Positions 1 through 9,477 of a stretch of 64,000 nucleotides of DNA are shown piece after piece. The notes under the pieces were generated by a model, which was not told the origin of the DNA, did no database searches, and was given only the letters and a program-made list of their open reading frames with translations. Position numbers and translations under genes: made by a program. The DNA comes from Candidatus Obscuribacteraceae bacterium (GTDB taxonomy: Bacteria; Cyanobacteriota; Vampirovibrionia; Obscuribacterales; Obscuribacteraceae), in assembly GCA_044226015.1 (NCBI GenBank), contig JBGAHS010000011.1, positions 192,001-256,000 on the forward strand, given 5' to 3'. The stretch's first letter is position 1, and each line of letters begins with the position of its first letter.

Positions 1-761
1 GTAACAGTTTTAGTAAACTTGCTTGCGTCGCACAAAGAAACTCGTTTTCCCGTCGAACAAAACACGAAGTCCTCAGAACCATATTCAATGTTCGAGTCTG
101 AGACATAAGATCCGCCAAGTGAATCACCTGGGTTTATACCAGCTTCACTGCTCGGGTTGGGAATCGCAACTTGCGTAGCAATTCCATTTTCTAGCGAACC
201 ATACTGCAGTGTCATGGTAGGTGGCACATATTCCGTTGACTGAGCAACGTTTTTCAAATAAATTGCATGCGCATCATCATAAGTCTTGACGTCGTTTCCA
301 TAAATGTCTTTGGCAGATCCACCAGCAACGAGCGTCTTTTCAATCTCATCATCTAGCCTTTTCTTGGCGGCCAGAACATTATCTCTGTCTTGCAATGCCA
401 TCGCTTTCATGAATTTGTCATTGAGCTTGCAAGCTATGATGTAGTTCAAACGCGCCGTCGCCATCAACTCATTTATGCTGCGCACTTCGCAGTAGTAATT
501 ATCCTTAGCCAGAGTCGTCTTGCAATTCTTCATCGGCGCAAAATCGCACAATGAAACGAAACCAAATTCTGGAGTGTCGACAACAATTCGGCTGATGTCT
601 TGAGCTGCAGCCAGCGCAGCTGCTTCGGCGGCTGTCTTCTGACCCATATGCCCTCGGGTCAAATTAAGATAGGACAGACCAAAAATGATCACGCCCACTA
701 TTATTAGTGCGCTGACCGCGACAAGGGCAAGCATACTTCCAGATCTGGTTCTTCTGTTCAT
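1..761 (-). CDS. Partial (3'-truncated) membrane-anchored protein with a TadE/TadG pseudopilin-like N-terminus
   Basis: Not in the ORF track because it runs off the window. Read by hand from ATG 761: MNRRTRSGSMLALVAVSALIIVGVIIFGLSYL...QKTAAEAAALAAAQD, i.e. basic leader, Gly, TM helix, and the AA(D/E)AAALAAA motif typical of TadG-like proteins. Confidence 0.6.
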   Translation of the reverse strand, partial: MNRRTRSGSMLALVAVSALIIVGVIIFGLSYLNLTRGHMGQKTAAEAAALAAAQDISRIVVDTPEFGFVSLCDFAPMKNCKTTLAKDNYYCEVRSINELMATARLNYIIACKLNDKFMKAMALQDRDNVLAAKKRLDDEIEKTLVAGGSAKDIYGNDVKTYDDAHAIYLKNVAQSTEYVPPTMTLQYGSLENGIATQVAIPNPSSEAGINPGDSLGGSYVSDSNIEYGSEDFVFCSTGKRVSLCDASKFTKTV

Positions 762-942
762 GAATCCCAACGTCGTAACGAAGCCTACAAATCCAAGCTA
801 CCGCGTAGCCGATCGACTGTCAATTCAGGCGTGGACGCTTCTGCGCCCAGTAATTGGGTAAGCCTCTTCACAGTTGCAGTTTTTGGGATTTTTAGCCAAA
901 AATGGAGTTTTAACAAATCGAAGCCTTATCGTTGTCAAAGAC

Positions 943-1851
943 CTAATGACTCCCGCCCGCCAAAATTTTGACGCTATGGAAGATGGCCGGAATAATTGCG
1001 TCCATACATTCTTCAACGGCTCTACTTGCACCGGGTAAAGTAACTATGAGCGTTTTCCCCCTGATTCCCGCGATACCACGCGAAAGCATCGCCATCGGCA
1101 TGCGCTCTTGTCCATAAACACGCATAGCTTCTGAGATTCCGGGAACCTCCATGTCGATTATGCGCCGCACGACTTCTGGCGTTCTATCACGAGGTCCCAA
1201 TCCTGTGCCGCCAGTACTTATTAGCAAATCAAAGCGTCCGCGGTCAACCATTTCCTTTATTGTCTTCTCAATCTCAATTTCGTCATCGGGAACAACTTTA
1301 TACTGTCCAACAGTCACATGTTCTTTTTCCAATCGTTCAACAATCAATTTGCCTGAAGCATCCTGCTTCTTTCCATCTGATACTGAATCTGATACCACCA
1401 AAACCGCAGCCTTAATTGCTTTGTTGCGATCAACAGAATAATCAGACTTGCCACCACGTTTCTCCAGGAGACGAACACCAGTTATTTCCATGGTTTCATC
1501 AAACACTTTAAGCATGTCGTAAATTGTCAGTGCAGCTACAGAGGCGGCAGTAAGCGCTTCCATCTCAACACCGGTTTTATAGATTGCTTTTACCTGAACT
1601 CGTATCTCAATTTCGCTGTCTTTCAAGTCAAAGTCAACTTGAACGTAATCAACAGGAATCGGATGGCAGTAGGGAATGATTTGATGGGTATTTTTTGCAG
1701 CTTGAATCGCAGCTACCTTAGCAACCGGTAGGGGGTCGCCCTTTGGCACTTCGTTATTTCGAATCTTTGCTATAAGCCCCGAACTTGCTTTCAAAGTGGC
1801 TGCAGCCCAGGCTTTGCGAAGCGTTTTGGTCTTCTGGCTTACATCTTTCAA
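943..1851 (-). CDS. moaC: Fused molybdenum cofactor biosynthesis protein MoaC-MogA/MoaB
   Basis: MoaC motifs IIPYCHP, TGVEMEALTA, IYDMLK and KRGGKS, followed by a MogA/MoaB domain (VVSDS, DASG, GGTGLGPRDRTPE, LSRG, LPG). Confidence 0.93.
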   Translation of the reverse strand: MKDVSQKTKTLRKAWAAATLKASSGLIAKIRNNEVPKGDPLPVAKVAAIQAAKNTHQIIPYCHPIPVDYVQVDFDLKDSEIEIRVQVKAIYKTGVEMEALTAASVAALTIYDMLKVFDETMEITGVRLLEKRGGKSDYSVDRNKAIKAAVLVVSDSVSDGKKQDASGKLIVERLEKEHVTVGQYKVVPDDEIEIEKTIKEMVDRGRFDLLISTGGTGLGPRDRTPEVVRRIIDMEVPGISEAMRVYGQERMPMAMLSRGIAGIRGKTLIVTLPGASRAVEECMDAIIPAIFHSVKILAGGSH

Positions 1852-1944
1852 GGTTCACCTCACCGTGCAGACTTTACTCAATGCAGAAGCTTCCTTCTGC
1901 TAGACTTTTCTGGTCATGCCCCGTAGATTTCAAGCACTCGTCCA

Positions 1945-2712
1945 ATGAAGAGTCCATGGCTGAATATAATAGCGCTGTTGGTGCTGGTCTTTCAGTATCT
2001 ACCGATTATCGTTCTTATTGTTTTCAGCTTCGATCAATCAAAACTTGCAATCGCCTGGACAGGCTTTACGCTTGACTGGTACAAAGCTCTTAAGGACGAA
2101 ACTACTCTTATAAGCGCTTTTCGAAACAGTTTGCTTGTAGCTTCCGTCAGTGTAAGTTTTGCAGCTGTGATGGGAACCATGGCTGCCATTGGACTGGCAC
2201 GTTTGCGTTTTGCTGGAGAAGGCGTTTACCGTGCCCTTGTGATGCTACCGATTATTATTCCTGAAATTGCTATGGCAGTTGCGGCACTAACCTTGTTCAT
2301 CGCTATGAAATTAAGCTTGAGCCTGGCAACAATTATCGTTTCACACATCGTTTTTTGCGTGGCTTACGTAACGCTTACAGTCATGGGAAGGCTGGAAGGC
2401 ATGGACCCGAAACTTGAGGAAGCCGCACAAGATCTCGGCGCACCACCACTGGTGGCTTTTTTCAAAATAACACTGCCCTTGCTAATGCCAGGCATTGTAG
2501 CCGGCTGCCTGCTCGCCTTCGTGCTTTCTCTCGACGACTTTATCATCACTCAGTTTACAGCCGGAGTAGGCGACACAACATTGCCTTTGTGGATATACGG
2601 GTCCGTTAAATTTGGAGTGAAACCAACAATTAATGCGCTGAGTACGCTCATGATTTTAGTCACAGTCGGTACTTCGCTTACAGCAGAGGCGATTCGGCGG
2701 AAAAATGTCTAG
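1945..2712 (+). CDS. potC: Polyamine-type ABC transporter permease (PotC/PotI family)
   Basis: YLPIIVLIVFSF, GFTLDWY, EAA loop LEEAAQDLGA, SLDDF, TTLPL. Confidence 0.85.
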   Translation: MKSPWLNIIALLVLVFQYLPIIVLIVFSFDQSKLAIAWTGFTLDWYKALKDETTLISAFRNSLLVASVSVSFAAVMGTMAAIGLARLRFAGEGVYRALVMLPIIIPEIAMAVAALTLFIAMKLSLSLATIIVSHIVFCVAYVTLTVMGRLEGMDPKLEEAAQDLGAPPLVAFFKITLPLLMPGIVAGCLLAFVLSLDDFIITQFTAGVGDTTLPLWIYGSVKFGVKPTINALSTLMILVTVGTSLTAEAIRRKNV

Positions 2713-2766
2713 TTCTTAATTTACCTGTTGGCATGTATACTGAATTAAGCCGGAGGATAGATTAAC

Positions 2767-3258
2767 TTGCTCAATCGCAAACACTTAGCGGCAGCCTTCG
2801 CGAGCCTGTGCCTGATGCAGACAGCATCATTTGCAGGAAACCTCACTGCTCCAAAAATGGACGAGGCAGTGAAATCGTACAAGGATAGGCAATACGCTCA
2901 ATCTCTGGCTCAATTTCGGCAGCTTCACAATTCCGGAACCTGCAATGAGCTGATTCACTACTACATGGCTCTTTGTTATCAGGGAATGAATCAGATTTCG
3001 TCAGCTCGCACCGAATACGCTACGGTCATGAAAGGGCGCTCAACAGCTCTTCGGCAAAACGCTCAGTATGCGTTGAGTCAGATAGATCGCTGGAACCGAC
3101 ACAGATCGTACAGCGGGAATGGTCCAAGCAACTGGCAACAAATGCCTTTGATGGCATCAAATCGTAAGGGTGGCATTAGCACGACGAGCTCTGGTCCGGG
3201 CGGTCCCATCAAAGAAATCATAATAGACATGCCTGCACCCAGCGGTGGCGGTTGCTGA
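2767..3258 (+). CDS. Exported TPR-like protein with Gly/Ser/Pro-rich tail ending GGGC-UGA; candidate selenoprotein extending to 3264
   Basis: GGAGG before the TTG start; signal peptide ending ASFA; TPR-like HYYMALCYQGMNQ; see findings for the UGA and SECIS. Confidence 0.75.
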   Translation: MLNRKHLAAAFASLCLMQTASFAGNLTAPKMDEAVKSYKDRQYAQSLAQFRQLHNSGTCNELIHYYMALCYQGMNQISSARTEYATVMKGRSTALRQNAQYALSQIDRWNRHRSYSGNGPSNWQQMPLMASNRKGGISTTSSGPGGPIKEIIIDMPAPSGGGC

Positions 3259-3288
3259 CATTAACCCCAAAGTGATAGGTCATCACTT
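3256..3288 (+). promoter_or_regulatory. Candidate bacterial SECIS element after an in-frame UGA
   Basis: TGA 3256-3258, 11-nt spacer, then stem AAGTGAT (3270-3276), loop AGGTC, stem ATCACTT (3282-3288). Confidence 0.5.
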
Positions 3289-3350
3289 AACTAACAAGAC
3301 ACTGCAAGCCTCAATGAAAACCACGCACGACTTTGTTCCGCATGATTCAA

Positions 3351-4082
3351 TCATTTGAAGCGAACAGAATTTCTACGTGATAATTGCATAGAACGGTCTC
3401 TTAAGAGAGTCAGGTATGCGGACAACTCCGGCGCGGTCGCCTGGTTTTCAGGGAATCTTTTTGAAATAAACTCGTTTTCCGCTTGATGAAATCGAGCCCA
3501 ATGTCTTTCAGAAGGTTTCATCGCAGATTTAAATCTGTCTGGAGCAAGAGCTCGCTGAGACGCGAACTCTGCCTTCCAATCTTCAATTCCCTCAGAAATG
3601 CATACACTTTTTTCGGCATCATTAGCAGACTTCTGCAAACAAGCACCGACCTTTCTATCAATTGGATTAGTCAGTGCAGTATCTGGCAAACTTTTTTCTT
3701 TGATTGAATTTAGCTCACGCGCCCTTGTCTCAACGAGATCAAGTTTGTCAGCTAAAACATCAACCTGAGGATGGGTATCGGCTGGCGCGTTTTTATACTG
3801 CCTATCAATCAGGTGATACTCAGCATCTCGAAACTTTTCCCACTCTCTCTCGGACTTACGAAGGGCTCGCTTAGCGTCTCTATCGCCAGCGAGTTCCTCT
3901 AATAGTGAATTGTATGTCTTGTTCAACTCTTTGTCCCAAGACGCAATTCCGTTGCTCAGACATTCTTTCATACCAGCAGGACCAGTAGAGTTTGTCAGGC
4001 AAGCATTGATATCGTGATCAAGCTTCGCAAATTCTTCAGTCCCAGATATCACCTTATTTACTGGTGAATCATAAGTATCCAT
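3351..4082 (-). CDS. LprI/DUF1311-family protein with two tandem domains
   Basis: C..MKECL..WDKELNKTYNSL..ALRKSEREWEKFRDAE repeated as C..SVCI..MKPSERHWARFHQAE. Confidence 0.75.
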   Translation of the reverse strand: MDTYDSPVNKVISGTEEFAKLDHDINACLTNSTGPAGMKECLSNGIASWDKELNKTYNSLLEELAGDRDAKRALRKSEREWEKFRDAEYHLIDRQYKNAPADTHPQVDVLADKLDLVETRARELNSIKEKSLPDTALTNPIDRKVGACLQKSANDAEKSVCISEGIEDWKAEFASQRALAPDRFKSAMKPSERHWARFHQAENEFISKRFPENQATAPELSAYLTLLRDRSMQLSRRNSVRFK

Positions 4083-4312
4083 GGCAATTCTCCGGCTGTC
4101 GCGCTGATAACAACGGTGAGCACAAACGAGTTGTGCGCAAACGATTCCGAGTTCTACCCATGCCTTGACACAAAGATTAGACGAAAGGGGTCAGCTATTG
4201 AATGGGAGAACCACGGCTGGAGTCGGCAAGAGCCATTAAAATGCTCAAATCTTAGTCAGCAAATGAATTGGACTGGATAGATTCGCTAAGTCATATTGAA
4301 ATGAGATAAATC

Positions 4313-5524
4313 ATGAATTTCTCGCTTGAAAAATCAGATTCAAACCCACTCCAGCTGAAAGGCACACAGGGTGAGCGTCAGCTGAATCTTTTAGACTTAC
4401 GCACTAGCAGCTCAGAGCGAGAGCAGCAAGTAAAAATGCGAGCGATTGGAGAAAGCAAGAAAGGTAGCGATGCACAGATTTCGCTGCCAGAGCTCAGTGC
4501 AGAAAAAAACACGAGAAATAACGAGACTTCTAGTAAAGTAAGTGAGTCAAAAGCAGAATCATTGCCACCAAATAAGCCACTAGAACTTAAGAACGAAAAG
4601 GCCGTAGAGCAAGAAGCAAGAGAGCAAGAAGCTCGCCTATATCCAGAGCTTTCTTTTAGCAAGAGAGCTGCAGATGTGCTTGCAGCAGCCGCAGGAACTG
4701 CCAGAGAAAAATGGGATCAGGCTAATGCTCTTTTCCATGTAGCAGAGATTCAAGTTGAGAAATATATTGATCTCCAGGGTGGCATCCAAAAGATGTTCCA
4801 CAAGGTGTCTCAACTTGCAGATGAAATTTATAACGTCATGGACAATTTCGTTAAAGGCAATAGGGGCATGAAAATACCAGATAGCCCTGAAAAACCTATA
4901 CAAGAAGATAGTTTACGCCAGCAGCTGAAAAGCCTGAATAAAGACGAAAGACTCGCGGCAATGCGCGGCGAGAAGGGTTCAGCCCTCAGGGAAGGTATAT
5001 TCAAAATTTGCGACGACGAGGAAAAAGATGCCTTCAATGAAATCGATATTGCACTAAACAAAGTGCAATTGCACTCGTCAATTAAACTGCAACATGCACT
5101 GGCAGCCAATAAGTATGCTGCCGAAAATAACGATATCAGTGCCAAGATACTCTCTGAAAACATTTTGAAGTCTATCGCTGCCTTAGACCCCGACACTTAC
5201 AAAAACAGTCCCGAAATCCATGGGCTCATTCTGCAATCAGAGCGAGGTGAACGAATGGATTTGAGTGAAGGCAAGGCTCTTTCAACAGCTTTGACCGCAG
5301 AGGCTCAAAAAGTCATTCAAATGACTCTGGAAGGACCTGATGCAGCCTTCGATGGTGACGGCAGAAAACAAGGCGCTGAGCAAGCAGCTAAATTTCTGGC
5401 TGCCGCGCTGGCTACGAACAAATCAGTCTGCCAAAACGTCTGGAGCAGCTGGGATTATGCAAAAAAATACAATTCCATTTTTTCAGTAGCCGAGTCACTT
5501 GTTTCTCAAACGCCGCAAAAATAA
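4313..5524 (+). CDS. Hypothetical helical protein with a disordered charged N-terminus
   Basis: 403-aa ORF filling the gap between recognisable genes; no motif recognised. Confidence 0.7.
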   Translation: MNFSLEKSDSNPLQLKGTQGERQLNLLDLRTSSSEREQQVKMRAIGESKKGSDAQISLPELSAEKNTRNNETSSKVSESKAESLPPNKPLELKNEKAVEQEAREQEARLYPELSFSKRAADVLAAAAGTAREKWDQANALFHVAEIQVEKYIDLQGGIQKMFHKVSQLADEIYNVMDNFVKGNRGMKIPDSPEKPIQEDSLRQQLKSLNKDERLAAMRGEKGSALREGIFKICDDEEKDAFNEIDIALNKVQLHSSIKLQHALAANKYAAENNDISAKILSENILKSIAALDPDTYKNSPEIHGLILQSERGERMDLSEGKALSTALTAEAQKVIQMTLEGPDAAFDGDGRKQGAEQAAKFLAAALATNKSVCQNVWSSWDYAKKYNSIFSVAESLVSQTPQK

Positions 5525-5569
5525 GCAGTGACTACTATACAACGAATCTCAATCAAGAAAAAGAGCCCG

Positions 5570-6352
5570 CTATTTAGCCGTGCTAAGCTCAGAACCATTG
5601 CCAATGCTATTGCTACTGCGACCACGCATGCTATCTAACTCAGCCATCATCAACGCTCGAACATGATCCCGCATCTGTTTCACATTTGCAAAATCAGCAG
5701 CATTGACTGCTGGCAGTACTTTTACATGAATCTTGCCTCTAAAATTCAAAAGCATAGACCCTTTTGGCAAAATCCCAGCAGTACCGTCAATGACAATAGG
5801 AACGAGCGGAACCTGGCAATCTTTAGCTATCTTGAAAGGACCATCACGAAATTCGAGAAGTTCACCGTCCTCTGATCTGGTGCCTTCAGGAAAGATCATT
5901 ATGGAAGCACCCTGATGCAGCCAATTCTTGCATGTATTCATCATGTCTTTAACGCTTTTCAAATCGCCACGAACAATTTTCACGTACTGATTCAGATTCA
6001 TGTTCCAACCGATAAAAGGAATCTTGAAGACAGATTCCTTTGAGACCCACTTGTATGGCTTATTGAGACCATACAGCACCATTATGTCCCAGAGTGATTG
6101 ATGGTTCGCAGCTAAAACGTAGGTTTTGCCATCTTCGATATTTTCGAGCCCTTCAAAAGTGCAGCTCCAGAAGGGATTAATCCTGATATAGTGGTGCCCC
6201 CACCAGCACGAATACAAGTGCACCAGTTTTCGATTTGGATCATTCCAGGAAAAGAGCACGGTCAGCAGAACAGAAATCCAAACCAGAAAGGCCGAGCTAA
6301 CAAAGAAATATGCGATATAGAGTGGTGAAAGAATCCGTTGCAGCATATTCAA
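5570..6352 (-). CDS. plsC: 1-acyl-sn-glycerol-3-phosphate acyltransferase
   Basis: NHQSLWD (HX4D) and IFPEGTRS motifs; N-terminal TM helix. Confidence 0.9.
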   Translation of the reverse strand: MNMLQRILSPLYIAYFFVSSAFLVWISVLLTVLFSWNDPNRKLVHLYSCWWGHHYIRINPFWSCTFEGLENIEDGKTYVLAANHQSLWDIMVLYGLNKPYKWVSKESVFKIPFIGWNMNLNQYVKIVRGDLKSVKDMMNTCKNWLHQGASIMIFPEGTRSEDGELLEFRDGPFKIAKDCQVPLVPIVIDGTAGILPKGSMLLNFRGKIHVKVLPAVNAADFANVKQMRDHVRALMMAELDSMRGRSSNSIGNGSELSTAK

Positions 6353-6410
6353 CTCACAAGATACCGTCTCAGCCTAGTTTAACAGTATGAGAACATTGCA
6401 GCAAGAATTA

Positions 6411-6451
6411 TAAAAGAAGAGGACGCTCATGGTTTGCATGGCGTCCTCTTC
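6411..6451 (-). terminator. Intrinsic terminator after ileS
   Basis: GAAGAGGACGC/GCGTCCTCTTC stem with a T run on the minus strand, just past the ileS stop. Confidence 0.7.
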
Positions 6452-6469
6452 ATTAAGTTTATGGACTAA

Positions 6470-9307
6470 CTATTTTTTGTCTGCCGCCAGTGCTTCCGCG
6501 CAATAGTCACAGTATTCAGGATAGCTAGTATCCGCGCCTACTTTCTCGGAGAACTTCCAGCAGCGTCCGCATTTCACTCCATTTGCAGGAAGAACTACTA
6601 CACGCACACCTTCCTCAGATATGTCGGCAAGATATCCATTACCAGAGGCAAAGTCTTTTCCGTTTTCCAAGATTTCTGCCTGGGAGGTGATGAAGAACCC
6701 TGTCAAATTATCCTGAAGCGTTGACAACTTATCGACAAGCTCAGGGCTATCGACCTTCAGCTTCACCTGAGCTTGCAACGAGCTACCGATTTTGCCGGCA
6801 CCACGGGCGGTTTCAAGCGCTTTATTGACGACATAACGCACGCCAATTAAATCTTCCCAGAATGCGTCAAGCTCAGGCTTGTGATATTCCTTTTTGGCGT
6901 CAGGAAACTCTAGCAATAAAACACTGTCGGACTCTTCCTTCAGCGCAGCCGGAGTATGGGCAAAAATGTCCTCCGCCAGATGTGGTGTAACCGGAGCCAG
7001 CATGCAAGTGAGAGCCTTGAGCACTTCATAGAGTACAGTTTGAACGGCTCTTCGCTTAACAGATTTCTTCGACGCAGTGTAAAGAGTGTCTTTCACCACA
7101 TCAAAATAGAGTGCAGAAAGATCCACATTGCAGAAGTTATTCAAAACTTGATAGTACTTGAAGAACTCATAGCGATCAAAATCCTTCTGCAGGTTGACCA
7201 ATACTTCTTGCAAGCGATGCAAGATGTATTTATCTAGTGGTCCCAGTTCCTCGTAGCTCACGCAGTCTTTGGGATCAAATTCATGCAGATTGCCCAGCAA
7301 AAAGCGAACTGTATTTCTCAGCTTCTTATACACTTCAGCAAGCTGAGCCAACATATTTTTTCCGATAGGTATGTCATCGGTGTAATTAACAGATGCAACC
7401 CACAATCGAAGAACATCAACACCATACTGCTTGATCACGTCTTCGGGATCAACAACATTGCCAACAGATTTGGACATTTTGCGACCGCTTTCATCCACAA
7501 CGAAGCCATGGGTCAAAACGGTCTTGTATGGAGCACGATTGTGCACCGCTACGCTGGTCAGCAGAGAACTTTGGAACCACCCCCGGTGCTGGTCGCTGCC
7601 TTCCAGGTACATCTCACATGGAGTTCCACGAAGTTCTGGACGAACATCAAGAACGGCAGAATGTGTGGTTCCGGAATCAAACCAGACATCCATGATATCC
7701 ATTTCTTTGGTGAATTCAGTGCCACCATCAGGACATTTGTAGTCTTTTCCAAGGAAATAGGAAGGTTCATGCTCCCACCAGGCATCAGACCCTTCTTTTT
7801 CAAAAACATCTGCGACGCGGTTGATCACGTCTTCCAGTAGCAATGGCTTTCCGGTCTTCGTAGAATAGAAGACTGGAATTGGAACGCCCCAAGATCTTTG
7901 ACGGCTGATACACCAGTCAGAACGGTTTTCCACCATGTTATAGATGCGATTACGACCGCTAGGAGGCAACCACTCTACGGTATCGATTGCAGCAAGCGCC
8001 TGTTTTCTAAAACCATCAACAGAGGCAAACCATTGCTCAGTTGCTCTGAAGATCAGTGGCTTCTTACAGCGCCAACAATGAGGATAGCTGTGCGTAGTTT
8101 TTGAGTGATTTAGCAGCTTGCCAATCTCGGTGAGATGCTCGATTATCGGTTGATTAGCTTTATCGTAGCGTAATCCAGCAAACTGCCCACCTTCGTCGGT
8201 GAAAACACCACGACCATCAACTGGAGACACAACACCAATTTTGTACTTATTGCCGAGCAGGAAGTCCTCAGGACCGTGTCCTGGTGCTGTATGAACGCAA
8301 CCAGTACCGGTGTCAGCAGTAACGTGATCGCCCAACATGACTAAACTGGTTCTATCGATAAATGGATGAGTACATTCAATGAGATCCATGTTACGTCCAC
8401 GAACGCAGGCAAGTTCCTCGGCCTCAGATTCTTCAATTTTCGCTGCTGATAGCACTTCGCCCTTCAAAGACTCGCACATCACGAGCACACCATGTTCTTT
8501 TGTTTTCATGAACAAATAATTGAAATCAGGGTGAATCGCGACACCAAGATTCGCAGGAAGAGTCCATGGGGTCGTCGTCCAGATAACAAAACTGATCTCT
8601 TTCTCTGCCTGAACGGCTTCCGGCAATTTCTTCTTTTCGGAATCTTTCACTGCAAATTTGACAAACACCGCATCGGAAGTGTGGTCAGCATACTCAACCT
8701 CCGCCTCAGCAAGTGCTGTTTCGCAATTTGGACACCACGAGACAGGCTTCAGCCCCTTATATAGATAACCAGCAGCAGCCATCTTACCAAACACGCGAAT
8801 CTGCGCCGCTTCAAACTCGGGCGCCAATGTGATGTATGGGTGCTCCCAATCGCCCCAGACACCCAGCCGCTTGAAGTTAGCTTCCTGTCCTTTGAGATTG
8901 TTCAAAGCGAAATCTTTGCAGCGCTTGCGCAGCTCAATCACTGAGATTGAATGCCTGCCACCTTTAACATCTTTCAAGGCAGCATTTTCGATAGGCAAAC
9001 CGTGGCTGTCATAGCCGGGCACATAAGGAGAATAAAATCCGCGCATCGCCTTGTATTTAGTGACGATGTCTTTCAATATCTTATTTAGCGCAGTGCCGAT
9101 GTGAATTTTGCTAGCGCTCAAGTATGGAGGTCCATCGTGTAGTACGAATTTTGGGTTCGCTTCGCGCTTTTTCAAGTTTTTGAAGTAGACATCTTTGTCG
9201 AGCCACATCTTCTGAATTTCCGGCTCTCTCACAGTACTATTCGCCTTCATCGGGAATGAAGTCTGAGGCAGATTGACGGGTGGTTTCTCGCTTTTTTCAC
9301 TACTCAT
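6470..9307 (-). CDS. ileS: Isoleucine--tRNA ligase (type 1)
   Basis: LHDGPPY, HIGT (HIGH variant), WTTTPWTLPAN, DWCISRQRSWG, EGSDQHRGWF, KMSKS, and a C-terminal Zn site CGRCW..CDYC. Confidence 0.98.
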   Translation of the reverse strand: MSSEKSEKPPVNLPQTSFPMKANSTVREPEIQKMWLDKDVYFKNLKKREANPKFVLHDGPPYLSASKIHIGTALNKILKDIVTKYKAMRGFYSPYVPGYDSHGLPIENAALKDVKGGRHSISVIELRKRCKDFALNNLKGQEANFKRLGVWGDWEHPYITLAPEFEAAQIRVFGKMAAAGYLYKGLKPVSWCPNCETALAEAEVEYADHTSDAVFVKFAVKDSEKKKLPEAVQAEKEISFVIWTTTPWTLPANLGVAIHPDFNYLFMKTKEHGVLVMCESLKGEVLSAAKIEESEAEELACVRGRNMDLIECTHPFIDRTSLVMLGDHVTADTGTGCVHTAPGHGPEDFLLGNKYKIGVVSPVDGRGVFTDEGGQFAGLRYDKANQPIIEHLTEIGKLLNHSKTTHSYPHCWRCKKPLIFRATEQWFASVDGFRKQALAAIDTVEWLPPSGRNRIYNMVENRSDWCISRQRSWGVPIPVFYSTKTGKPLLLEDVINRVADVFEKEGSDAWWEHEPSYFLGKDYKCPDGGTEFTKEMDIMDVWFDSGTTHSAVLDVRPELRGTPCEMYLEGSDQHRGWFQSSLLTSVAVHNRAPYKTVLTHGFVVDESGRKMSKSVGNVVDPEDVIKQYGVDVLRLWVASVNYTDDIPIGKNMLAQLAEVYKKLRNTVRFLLGNLHEFDPKDCVSYEELGPLDKYILHRLQEVLVNLQKDFDRYEFFKYYQVLNNFCNVDLSALYFDVVKDTLYTASKKSVKRRAVQTVLYEVLKALTCMLAPVTPHLAEDIFAHTPAALKEESDSVLLLEFPDAKKEYHKPELDAFWEDLIGVRYVVNKALETARGAGKIGSSLQAQVKLKVDSPELVDKLSTLQDNLTGFFITSQAEILENGKDFASGNGYLADISEEGVRVVVLPANGVKCGRCWKFSEKVGADTSYPEYCDYCAEALAADKK

Positions 9308-9346
9308 TGTGGTTTACCTTTCCAAAACGCAAAAGCGCCTAATAAC

Positions 9347-9397
9347 AAAAAATCCAGCGGCTAGCGCTGGAGCGAATTAGTTGAATTCCTCTCCAGC
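9347..9397 (-). promoter_or_regulatory. ileS attenuator (overlapping antiterminator and terminator)
   Basis: Terminator TCCAGCG-CTAGC-CGCTGGA-TTTTTT at 9371-9347. Its 5' arm CTCCAGC (9372-9366) can instead pair with upstream GCTGGAG (9397-9391). Confidence 0.75.
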
Positions 9398-9401
9398 AAG
9401 T

Positions 9402-9440
9402 TCAATTACTAATAATGGCTATCGAAACAACTAAACGCAC
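9402..9440 (-). CDS. ileS leader peptide MRLVVSIAIISN
   Basis: GGAGG (9449-9445), then GTG CGT TTA GTT GTT TCG ATA GCC ATT ATT AGT AAT TGA; three Ile codons clustered near the stop. Confidence 0.7.
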   Translation of the reverse strand: MRLVVSIAIISN

Positions 9441-9477
9441 GATTCCTCCAGAGCAAGGCTCTGATATGAAGAGATTC

